A DNA stretch of 64,000 nucleotides from Saprospiraceae bacterium (GTDB taxonomy: Bacteria > Bacteroidota > Bacteroidia > Chitinophagales > Saprospiraceae): the NCBI GenBank assembly GCA_965215215.1, contig OZ244043.1:2610351-2674350 (forward strand), given 5' to 3'. Under the pieces are notes generated by a model. The model did not search any database. It saw nothing but the letters and a program-made list of their open reading frames with translations, and was not told the origin of the DNA. The position numbers and the translations under genes were made by a program. This document shows positions 1-7,577 of the stretch, one piece after another; within the stretch, counting starts at the first letter, position 1, and every line of letters begins with the position of its first letter.

Positions 1-122
1 TCCGGAGACGAGTTTGGAGGAGATCCTCGCCAACACCGACGCGCAAGCGTTTTTGACTGAAAGTCGCTACAAACCCGGCCTGTAGAACGGACCTTCGTCT
101 CGCCCTCACACACCACCCAACC

Positions 123-1079
123 ATGCCTACACCGCGCGCGATCCCGCTTATTGACCTCGATAAATTCGTTCGCGGAAGCCAATCGGAGCGCCAACGGGTA
201 GTGCAACAGCTCGGGGATGCCTTCGAGGACACCGGGTTCGTGGGCGTGATCAACCACGGGATCTCCCCCGAGCTAATCGACTCGTACTACGAGGCTTCGC
301 GCACGTTTTTCGCCCTGCCCGCCGAGCGAAAGAAACGTTACGAACTCGCCGGAATGGCCGGGCAGCGTGGGTACACGTCTTTCGGTAAGGAGCACGCTAA
401 GCAGAGTGAGGTGGCCGACCTGAAGGAGTTTTTCCAACTGGGGCAGGAGGTCCCGGAGGATCATCCGGGGTGCGACGAAGGGGCACGCAATCCCCACGTG
501 GAGGAGGTGCCGGCGTTTAGCGAACAGGGGGCGAAACTCTACGCGGCCTTCCAGCGCGCCGGTACGAATCTGTTGCGGGCGATCGCGCTCTACCTCGGGC
601 TTCCGGAGGACTACTTCGACGATCAAATCGAGTACGGGAACTCCATCCTCCGCGCCATCTACTACCCGCCGATCACCGTGGAACCGGCCAGCGCGATACG
701 CGCCGAGCAACACGAGGACATCAATTTGATTACGCTACTGGTTGGCGCGAGCGCGGGTGGACTGCAGCTGCTAACGGCCGACGGCAAGTGGGTAGACGTA
801 GTGCCGGAGGAAGACGAGATCGTCGTTAACGTGGGCGATATGCTCCAGCGCCTCACGAACAACCACTTGCGCTCGACCACGCACCGTGTCGTCAACCCGC
901 CCAGAGAGGAGTGGCATACCGACCGGCTCAGCATTCCGTTCTTCCTCCATCCCGTAGCCGAGATGAGTTTGGCGGCGTTGCCGCAGACCGTGACCGCCGG
1001 GCGACCGATCGCAGACCCGCCGATTACGGCGGGAGAATACCTCGACGAACGGCTGCGGGAGATCGGTCTGAAGAACTAA
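123..1079 (+). CDS. 2-oxoglutarate/Fe(II)-dependent oxygenase (isopenicillin N synthase-like family)
   Basis: 318-aa ORF. The N-terminal IPLIDL...[10 protein letters not shown] region and the C-terminal core ([12 protein letters not shown] ... THRVVNP) are typical of 2OG-Fe(II) oxygenases. Confidence 0.8.
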   Translation: MPTPRAIPLIDLDKFVRGSQSERQRVVQQLGDAFEDTGFVGVINHGISPELIDSYYEASRTFFALPAERKKRYELAGMAGQRGYTSFGKEHAKQSEVADLKEFFQLGQEVPEDHPGCDEGARNPHVEEVPAFSEQGAKLYAAFQRAGTNLLRAIALYLGLPEDYFDDQIEYGNSILRAIYYPPITVEPASAIRAEQHEDINLITLLVGASAGGLQLLTADGKWVDVVPEEDEIVVNVGDMLQRLTNNHLRSTTHRVVNPPREEWHTDRLSIPFFLHPVAEMSLAALPQTVTAGRPIADPPITAGEYLDERLREIGLKN

Positions 1080-1122
1080 GTCCTCCCACAAGCCGTACAT
1101 TACCTGTTTAATCCCTTACACC

Positions 1123-1359
1123 ATGCAGACGCTTTGGTTTTTCGCTCCCGGAATACAGGAGCTCGTCATCATCTTCTTCGTTGTCCTGTTGCTCTTCGGT
1201 GGGAAGAAGATCCCCGAGCTGATGCGCGGACTCGGGAAGGGCATCCGCGAGTTTAACACCGCCCGCGCCAGCATCGAAGGCGAAATTCGGGAGGGGATCC
1301 GGGAGTCCGAAGTTGCGGACAAGAAGAAGGCCGAGATCCGGATCGAAAAGGACGTCTAG
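1123..1359 (+). CDS. tatA: twin-arginine translocase subunit TatA/E
   Basis: 78 aa with one N-terminal TM helix. [23 protein letters not shown] matches the TatA signature, followed by a charged tail. Confidence 0.85.
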   Translation: MQTLWFFAPGIQELVIIFFVVLLLFGGKKIPELMRGLGKGIREFNTARASIEGEIREGIRESEVADKKKAEIRIEKDV

Positions 1360-1420
1360 TGGCCTCGAGGCCCGGTAGCCTCCGGTGCGCTCAGCGGTAC
1401 TTCCCGTTTGTTCCTCCTAA

Positions 1421-1476
1421 TAGCTCGTAGCGGCTGACCACGACGGACGTCCGTCGTGGTCAGCCGCTGCGAGCTA
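1421..1476. terminator. long near-perfect palindrome between convergent genes (putative bidirectional terminator, no T-tract)
   Basis: tagctcgtagcggctgaccacgacggac / gtccgtcgtggtcagccgctgcgagcta. Arms are about 28 bp with one G-T position. It sits between the tatA stop and the stop of the minus-strand glucosaminidase gene. Confidence 0.55.
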
Positions 1477-1492
1477 GCGGTAATCAGCCGTA

Positions 1493-2881
1493 CTACTGCA
1501 CGTTGAGCCGCTGTCCGGGGTGAATCGTATTTCCATCCAGGGCGTTGAGGCGCTGCAGGTCGACCACGCTTACACCCGTCTTGCGGCTTATCCCCCAGAG
1601 CGTATCCCCGCTCCCTACGGTGATGTAGGTGGGCTCCGCGGCGGCCGTCGGTACTTGCGCTGAGGCGGCTACCGGCGGCGGAGTTATCGTCTCTACCTTG
1701 GGACGTTGGGCGGGGCGACTCGGTTCGGTGCTCGCGCTGGCCGTCGACGAAGCGGGGGCGGCGACTTCGCTCGGCGTCGAGGTCGCTATCTCGGAGCGGC
1801 GAGCGTTGCGGCTGCGGAGGCGAATTCGATTTTTGCGCTTTCGTCTGCCGCGTAGGTAGATCACTTCCCCGGTTGCCGGCTGCGTGTTTTCCTCCATGCG
1901 GTTGCGCGAGTAGAGCGAGGCCGTACGCACGCCGTACTTATCGGCGATCGATTGCATGGTCTCGGCATCGCGCACGCGGTGTTGGCGGTTGCGACCGCGG
2001 TGCGATTTTCGCTTCGGCTGGAGGTAGACGACCGCGTCGGCTGCGGGAGACTGGGTCGAATGGGTCAGGCCTTCGTTGTACCGGATGATGTCGGTCGAAT
2101 AGCTACGCGTCCGCCGGGCAATGTCCGCTACGGACTCGCCGGGCAAGGGGCGGGTGTAGTCTACGTCGTTCTTGGAACGCACGGAGCCGGCCGCCACCCG
2201 GCGCGCCGTACTCGGCAGCTCGTTGTGGGGCTCGATAACGCTCGATACGGCAACGGCTCGTCCCGGTTCCGCCTCGAAAACGACCTCGTCGGTGAGCACC
2301 GGCGCGGCGGCTAATACGCCGGTTTGTTCGGCTAGGTCGTAGGTGTGCAGATCGTACCGCTCGATGATGTCGATCAAGTGAGTCGCGTAGGTACCCGCGG
2401 TGGCGTACCCCGCTTTTTTAAGTCCGCGTGCCCAACCTTTATAGTCGGTTTTGCGAAGCGTGAACAGGCTGGCGTAGCGCGGCGAGGATTTCAAAAACTC
2501 GGAGTGATCGGCGTAGCTATCGTGCACGTGCCCGTAGCTGCGGAAGCAGCTCTCGACGAGGACCCCGTGCCGATTGCGATCGTCGTCCTTGCGGTAATGG
2601 CGGTCGCCCTCCCAGGAGCCGTGGCACTTGATACCGAAGTGATTGTTCGCCTGCGTGGCGAGCGTGCTCTTCCCCGCGCCCGACTCGAGGAGGCCCTGGG
2701 CGAGCGTGATCGAAGCCGGAATACCCGCGCTGTACATCTCCTGTACCGCGAGTGGGGCGAACGTTTCGATGTAGGCGAGGTAATCGGGACTGAGTGCCTG
2801 GGCCGAAGCACCGAGCGCGCTGAAGGCAAAAGTGGCGGTGAGGAGCGCCGAGCGTCGGCGGGGGGGAAGCGTGGGTCTCAT
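1493..2881 (-). CDS. cell-wall hydrolase: N-acetylglucosaminidase (FlgJ-type) domain plus LysM repeats
   Basis: Signal peptide. GIPASITLAQGLLESGAGKS...NNHFGIKCH marks a glucosaminidase domain. Three LysM-like repeats follow, the last being YITVGSGDTLWGISRKTGVSVVDLQRLN. Confidence 0.85.
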   Translation of the reverse strand: MRPTLPPRRRSALLTATFAFSALGASAQALSPDYLAYIETFAPLAVQEMYSAGIPASITLAQGLLESGAGKSTLATQANNHFGIKCHGSWEGDRHYRKDDDRNRHGVLVESCFRSYGHVHDSYADHSEFLKSSPRYASLFTLRKTDYKGWARGLKKAGYATAGTYATHLIDIIERYDLHTYDLAEQTGVLAAAPVLTDEVVFEAEPGRAVAVSSVIEPHNELPSTARRVAAGSVRSKNDVDYTRPLPGESVADIARRTRSYSTDIIRYNEGLTHSTQSPAADAVVYLQPKRKSHRGRNRQHRVRDAETMQSIADKYGVRTASLYSRNRMEENTQPATGEVIYLRGRRKRKNRIRLRSRNARRSEIATSTPSEVAAPASSTASASTEPSRPAQRPKVETITPPPVAASAQVPTAAAEPTYITVGSGDTLWGISRKTGVSVVDLQRLNALDGNTIHPGQRLNVQ

Positions 2882-3094
2882 AGTCTGGGTTGGAACGGCA
2901 AATTATGCAGCGCAGTACCAAGATATAGGTATGCGGAAGCTGGATTTGTCCTACGGGACGCACTCGCGCCGTGTTGCACCACTGACTACCTGCGCCTTAG
3001 CTCCGCTTTGCACGAAATCCCTACGCTTTCCACACTGCCGTGAGCAGCGGGTTCGCTATCCGCCTACATTTAGCGCTCACCAACGCTGAACGCC

Positions 3095-3283
3095 ATGAAC
3101 CATCGAGCTCGCACCCAAATTCCTGTTGTCATGCTGTTAAGCACCTTGATGGCTTCGCCGCTTTACGCTCAGGTCGATGTCGACATCGACCTCGGCGGTA
3201 AGGAATGGTACGAGAATCCGTGGGTCTGGGCGGGCGTTGCCGCGTTCCTGCTCCTGCTCGCGTTGATCCTACGTCGTAAGTAG
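3095..3283 (+). CDS. small secreted/membrane-anchored hypothetical protein
   Basis: 62 aa. Signal-like N-terminus ending in AQ, then a C-terminal TM helix WVWAGVAAFLLLLALIL followed by RRK. No family recognised. Confidence 0.4.
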   Translation: MNHRARTQIPVVMLLSTLMASPLYAQVDVDIDLGGKEWYENPWVWAGVAAFLLLLALILRRK

Positions 3284-3373
3284 TGCTTCGATTCCCCCAA
3301 AGGGAAAAGGCCCTAACCACCGGGAGGTAGTTAGGGCCTTTACTGTTGTTAGCTGTAAGGCTGACTGATGGGT

Positions 3374-3847
3374 CTAGTAACGGTCGCCGCGGTCGTAACC
3401 GCCGCCGCCGCCACGTCCGCCGCGATCGCCGCCGCCGTAGCCACCACGGTCGCCACCGCGCCCGCCGCGATCACCGCCGCCGCCACCGTAGCCGCCGCGA
3501 CCTCGATCGCCGCCACCGCCGCCGCCGTAGCCGCCGCGATCACCGCCACCACCGTAGCCACCCCCACCGCCGCCGCGGGAGAAGCCACCGCCGCCGCCGC
3601 GCTCCTCGCGGGGACGAGCTTCTTTGACGATAATGGTGCGACCGGCGAAGTCGGCGTCGTTTAGTTCTTGGATGGCCGCATTGGCCTCCTCGCCGTCTGG
3701 CATCTCTACAAAACCAAAGCCGCGCGAACGGCCCGTTTCGCGGTCTAAGACCACTTTTGCGGTATCTACTGTACCGTACCTCTCAAAGAGCTCTCGTAGG
3801 TCCTCGTCTGTCGAGGCGAAGTTGAGGCTCGCAACAAAAATATTCAT
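3374..3847 (-). CDS. RRM-type RNA-binding protein with long glycine-rich RGG/GGY tail
   Basis: RNP2 NIFVASLNF and RNP1 RGFGFVEM are present. The C-terminal ~75 aa are GGGG/DRGG/YGGG repeats. Confidence 0.85.
   Translation of the reverse strand: MNIFVASLNFASTDEDLRELFERYGTVDTAKVVLDRETGRSRGFGFVEMPDGEEANAAIQELNDADFAGRTIIVKEARPREERGGGGGFSRGGGGGGYGGGGDRGGYGGGGGGDRGRGGYGGGGGDRGGRGGDRGGYGGGDRGGRGGGGGYDRGDRY
3377..3601 (-). repeat. low-complexity GGC/CGC coding repeat (Gly-rich tail of the RRM protein)
   Basis: Reiterated gccgccgcc/accgcc units. They generate the spurious ORFs 3346..3627, 3349..3588 and 3368..3664 in other frames. Confidence 0.8.
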
Positions 3848-4018
3848 TAAAGCAACTGAAGTGAAGTGAAAAAGAAACCTCCTCCCAGGGCATTGAAAAT
3901 CTTTGGACGGAGAGAGGGCTTATGACAAAGGAACGAGGAATTTACTCACCGGAGCAATAATATCTCGAATGAGCTAGAATTATTTCGTAGCTATCCGAAT
4001 AGCACCGTACCGCCAAAT

Positions 4019-4732
4019 ATGGTTCACCAACTCGGCAAACCTTATGTTGCCCGGTCCAACAATACCCTTTCCACGATGAGTCCCCTAGAAATTCTCGCCA
4101 GTCAACTCGATGAGAAAACCGTCGATCGACTCGGTCAACGCGTAGGCGCCAATCCGCGACAGGCGCAGGTGGCCACCGCCGGTATCGTCAATACCCTGTT
4201 CGGGGCTATGGCCCGGGAGGTCCAACAGAACCCCGCCAAAGGGCAACGGATCGAGCGGGCGCTCGAGCGCGATAACCACGCCTCCCTCCTCGACAACCTG
4301 GGGGGTCTCCTCGGTGGGGCCACGGCGGGTGCCCCCCCGACCGCGAACGCCCGTTCCACGAACGGTATGGGTATCCTGCGGCACATCCTCGGCAACAAGA
4401 CCGGCCGCGTGGCCGACCAGGTTTCGAAAAGCTCCGGGCTCAGCCCGCAGGCCGTCGGACAGATGATGGTCGTACTCGCACCCTTCGTGATGGGCGCGCT
4501 CGGCAAAGCCCGCCAACAACAGCAACCCGTCGGCGGGACCGCGGCCGGAGGCGGTATCGCCGGTATCCTCGGCTCCGTACTCGGTGGCGGCGGCGCGGGC
4601 GCGGGCCAGCAGCAGGCTACCACCCAGAACAGCTGGTTGAAGGCCGTACTCGACCGCGATGGCGACGGCAGCGGCAACGACGATCTCGTGCGCATGGGTA
4701 CCCAACTACTCGGCGGGTTCTTCAAGCGGTAA
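4019..4732 (+). CDS. DUF937-like hypothetical protein
   Basis: A helical N-terminal part (VDRLGQRVGANPRQAQVATAGIVNTLFGAM) and a Gly/Ala-rich centre resemble DUF937. The start may instead be the ATG at 4076 (MSPLEIL). Confidence 0.5.
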   Translation: MVHQLGKPYVARSNNTLSTMSPLEILASQLDEKTVDRLGQRVGANPRQAQVATAGIVNTLFGAMAREVQQNPAKGQRIERALERDNHASLLDNLGGLLGGATAGAPPTANARSTNGMGILRHILGNKTGRVADQVSKSSGLSPQAVGQMMVVLAPFVMGALGKARQQQQPVGGTAAGGGIAGILGSVLGGGGAGAGQQQATTQNSWLKAVLDRDGDGSGNDDLVRMGTQLLGGFFKR

Positions 4733-4773
4733 GCCTGTCCGCCCGCGGGCTCCGCGGTCGAGACGGCGGAGGT

Positions 4774-4802
4774 GGTTCGGTACGGGCGCTCAGTACCGAA
4801 CC
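4774..4802. terminator. hairpin at convergent junction, overlapping the smpB stop codon
   Basis: ggttcggtac-gggcgctca-gtaccgaacc, a 10-bp stem. No T-tract. Confidence 0.35.
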
Positions 4803-5260
4803 GCCTTCATCCGGTCGAGCTCGCGGGCCTGGTCCTTCTTCTTGAGGCTATCGCGCTTGTCGAAGGTCTTCTTGCCCCGGGCCAGCGCGATTTGCAACTT
4901 CACGAAGGATCGGTCGGTCATGTACAACTTCACCGGTACGATCGTGAGGCCCTTCTCGCGCACCTTCTTGTCGAGCCGCTTCAGCTCCCGCCGTTTGAGC
5001 AGCAGCTTGCGCGGCCGGCGGGGCTCGTGGTTGGCGTCGCTGCCGAAGTGGTACTCCTTGATGTAAAGGCTGCGCACGAACAGCTCCCCGTCGCGGAAGT
5101 AGCAGTAGGCATCCGAGAGGTTCCCCTCCCCGGCGCGCAGGCTCTTCACCTCCGTGCCCTGCAGCACGAGACCCGCCTCGAAGGTGTCGAGGAACTCGTA
5201 TTCGTACCGCGAGCGCCGGTTGTCGATCACCGTGAACTTCGGCTTGTTGACAGTCGCCAT
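4790..5260 (-). CDS. smpB: SsrA-binding protein SmpB
   Basis: Starting at MATVNKPKFTVIDNRRSRYEYEF..., the 156-aa product fits SmpB along its whole length. The 257-aa track ORF adds an Arg/Pro-rich extension that overlaps the upstream gene, which I reject. The ATG at 5258-5260 overlaps the upstream stop by 1 nt. Confidence 0.9.
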   Translation of the reverse strand: MATVNKPKFTVIDNRRSRYEYEFLDTFEAGLVLQGTEVKSLRAGEGNLSDAYCYFRDGELFVRSLYIKEYHFGSDANHEPRRPRKLLLKRRELKRLDKKVREKGLTIVPVKLYMTDRSFVKLQIALARGKKTFDKRDSLKKKDQARELDRMKAVRY

Positions 5261-7530
5261 CAGAGTCGCTCGTTGATGAACTCGGTCATGAGCTCGTAGA
5301 GGTGGAGGCGGGTAGTGCCCCCGTAGATACCGTGATTCCGGTTCGGGTACGCGAAGAACTCGAACTCCTTGTTGGCCGCCACGAGTGCGTCGACCATCTC
5401 TACGGAGTGCTGGAAGTGGACGTTGTCGTCGCCCATACCGTGCACGAGCAGGTAGTCGCCCTCGAGTCGGTCGGCGAAGTACACCGGGCTGTTCTCCCGG
5501 TAGCCGGCCGGGTTCTCCTCGGTGGTGTGCATGTAGCGCTCCGTGTAGAGCGTGTCGTACCACTTCCAGTTGGTCACGGGGGCGACGGCGATCGCGAGGC
5601 TAAATACCCCGGCACCCTTCGTGATGCACAGGCTCGTCATGTATCCCCCGTAGCTCCAACCGAAGATCCCGATGCGTTCGGCGTCGATGTACGGCTGAGC
5701 GCCCAGGTGTTTTGCGGCAGCGATTTGATCTTTTACCTCCAGGTCGCCGAGCTTGAGAAACGTTTGCTTCTCGAACTCGACCCCGCGTCCGCCGGTGCCG
5801 CGGTTGTCGACGCAGGCCACTACGTAGCCCTGTTGGGCGAGCATCTGGAACCACCAATAATTCACCCCGCTCCACGCGTCGACGACTTGCTGCGAGCCCG
5901 GTCCGCCGTACACGAACATGAACAGCGGGTACACTTTATCCCCGCTTTCGCTAAAACCCTCCGGGGTTATCCGCCAACCGTTGAGCTCTATTCCCTCCTC
6001 GGTGTCGAAGCTGAAAAACTCTACCTCCCGCACGCCTTCCTCCCCCTGCGTCGCGACTACGGACGCGTTGTCGACCAGGGAGCGCAGCAGCGAGCCGTCG
6101 CGTTCGTAAACGGCGTAGGTCGGCGGCCGATTCGCGGTAGAGTGCGCGAGCATGTAGCCGGAAAAGTCGGCGTTAAACTGCGCATCGTTCCAGCCCGACT
6201 CCGACGACATTCGCTTGGGCGTACCCCCGGCCAGCGGCACATTGTACACCTCGCGGCGCATCGGACTCTCCCGGGCGGCCTGGAAGAACAGCGTCTCGGA
6301 TACGGGGTCGTAGCCGTAAAACTCCGTCACGGGATAGTTGCCTCCGGTGAGCTGTCGGATCAGCTCACCACTGGCGTCGTAGTGGTAGAGGTGGTTGAAA
6401 CCGGTACCCTCGCCGGAGAGTAGGAAGCTGCCGTCCTGGAGGAAGCGCAGATCGTCGTTCACCTCGAGGTAACGCGAGGAAGTCTCCCGGTGCAGCACGT
6501 TCAGCTCGGCCCCGGCCGTCGGCTCCGCACGTAAGCTGAAGGTGTCCTGGTGGCGATTGGTGGTCAGCAGCACGGGGAGGTTGCCGGGCGTCCAGTAGAG
6601 GCGCGGGATGTGCGTGTCGCCGTCTTCGGTGTCGAAGATGATCCGGGTCGCGCCGCTGGCGAGCGTGTACACCCGCGCGCTCACCGTCGAGTTGGGCTCG
6701 CCCACCTTCGGGTACTTGAAGGTCACGTACTCCGGGTAGAGTTCGTCGGTGTACTTCTCCATGGTGTACTCCGGCACCAGCCGTTCGTCGAAACGCAGGA
6801 AGAGCAACTCCTCGCCGCTCGGGCTCCACGCGAAGGCCTGCGCGATGCTGAACTCCTCTTCGTACACCCAGTCCGTGGCTCCGTTGATGATGGCGTTGGC
6901 CTCGCCGTCGTCGGTTACCCGCGTCACCTCGCCGCTGGCGAGCTCTTTGACGTACAGGTCGTTGGCCCGTACGTAGGCCACCCGGCTGCCGTCGGGCGAG
7001 AACGTGGCGTACATCTGCGCGCCCGCCGTGTCGAGCGCCGTGAGCCGCGCGGTGTCCCCGGTGAAGAGGTAGTAGTTCGCCCGCGAGGAGCGGCGGTAAA
7101 TGGCCTCGCTCCCGGTGGCGATGAGCGCCTTGCCGCCGTCGGCGCTGAAGACGTAGTCGTCGAAGCGCTCGGGCAGTCCGTTCGCGTTGCCGCCCGCGGC
7201 GATGTAGTCGAAGAGTACGTCGCTCGGCTCACCGGTGGTAAAATCGACGAGCTCCACGGTGTTGTCCGTGATCCGGGTGTAGAAATTCCCGCGGTCGGAA
7301 AAGTTGAACCCGGGCACGTCGTCGGCGAAGAACTTGTAGTCCTCCCAGATCTCGTTGAGCGTGATGTTCGTCTTGCGGGCCGGCGCAGGCGGGGCGGGGA
7401 CGGGTGCCGGGCCCTGGCCATACGCGTCGCCCGCGCTACCGAGGGCGAGTAGGCTTCCGCAAAACGAGAGCGCACCGAACAGGGCGGTAGTCAGCTGGCT
7501 GCGGGGTGTTTTAGCGAAAGCGATGGGCAT
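5260..7530 (-). CDS. dipeptidyl-peptidase IV family serine peptidase (S9B)
   Basis: Signal peptide and a long N-terminal propeller-like region. The C-terminal alpha/beta hydrolase has GWSYGG, and GMGDDNVHFQHS supplies the Asp/His. Confidence 0.9.
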   Translation of the reverse strand: MPIAFAKTPRSQLTTALFGALSFCGSLLALGSAGDAYGQGPAPVPAPPAPARKTNITLNEIWEDYKFFADDVPGFNFSDRGNFYTRITDNTVELVDFTTGEPSDVLFDYIAAGGNANGLPERFDDYVFSADGGKALIATGSEAIYRRSSRANYYLFTGDTARLTALDTAGAQMYATFSPDGSRVAYVRANDLYVKELASGEVTRVTDDGEANAIINGATDWVYEEEFSIAQAFAWSPSGEELLFLRFDERLVPEYTMEKYTDELYPEYVTFKYPKVGEPNSTVSARVYTLASGATRIIFDTEDGDTHIPRLYWTPGNLPVLLTTNRHQDTFSLRAEPTAGAELNVLHRETSSRYLEVNDDLRFLQDGSFLLSGEGTGFNHLYHYDASGELIRQLTGGNYPVTEFYGYDPVSETLFFQAARESPMRREVYNVPLAGGTPKRMSSESGWNDAQFNADFSGYMLAHSTANRPPTYAVYERDGSLLRSLVDNASVVATQGEEGVREVEFFSFDTEEGIELNGWRITPEGFSESGDKVYPLFMFVYGGPGSQQVVDAWSGVNYWWFQMLAQQGYVVACVDNRGTGGRGVEFEKQTFLKLGDLEVKDQIAAAKHLGAQPYIDAERIGIFGWSYGGYMTSLCITKGAGVFSLAIAVAPVTNWKWYDTLYTERYMHTTEENPAGYRENSPVYFADRLEGDYLLVHGMGDDNVHFQHSVEMVDALVAANKEFEFFAYPNRNHGIYGGTTRLHLYELMTEFINERL
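5709..5722 (+). repeat. dispersed word, short variant GTTTTGCGGCAGCG
   Basis: Inside dpp4, antisense (AAAKH). Confidence 0.5.
5943..5957 (-). repeat. dispersed word, exact 15-mer (plus strand reads CGCTTTCGCTAAAAC)
   Basis: Inside dpp4, sense, encoding GFSESG. Confidence 0.9.
7453..7465 (-). repeat. dispersed word, short variant (GCTTCCGCAAAAC)
   Basis: In the dpp4 signal-peptide codons (SFCGS). Forms an inverted pair with 7508..7522. Confidence 0.6.
7508..7522 (+). repeat. dispersed word, exact GTTTTAGCGAAAGCG
   Basis: dpp4 codons 4-8, antisense (AFAKT). Confidence 0.9.
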
Positions 7531-7577
7531 GGGGCGGGGTAGGGTTGGGGGGGGTAAATATCAGCGGCGCGCGGGAC

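Noticed and set aside
1-85. A possible 3' end of a plus-strand gene (frame 2: PETSLEEILANTDAQAFLTESRYKPGL-stop).
   Set aside because: Only 27 codons are visible, which is not enough to support a call.
3346-3664. Three ORFs encoding RRHR-rich or AAT-rich polypeptides.
   Set aside because: They are alternative frames or strands of the GGC-rich repeat that encodes the Gly-rich tail of the RRM protein.
5261-5563. N-terminal extensions in the ORF track for smpB. Analogous extensions occur for parE (20883..21083), the LytTR regulator (36959..37147), the NmrA-like gene (52905..53006), the small OMP (58303..58470) and GMC (28590..28757).
   Set aside because: The extensions are Arg/Pro-rich, overlap the neighbouring gene or promoter region, and precede an internal Met that matches the normal family N-terminus.
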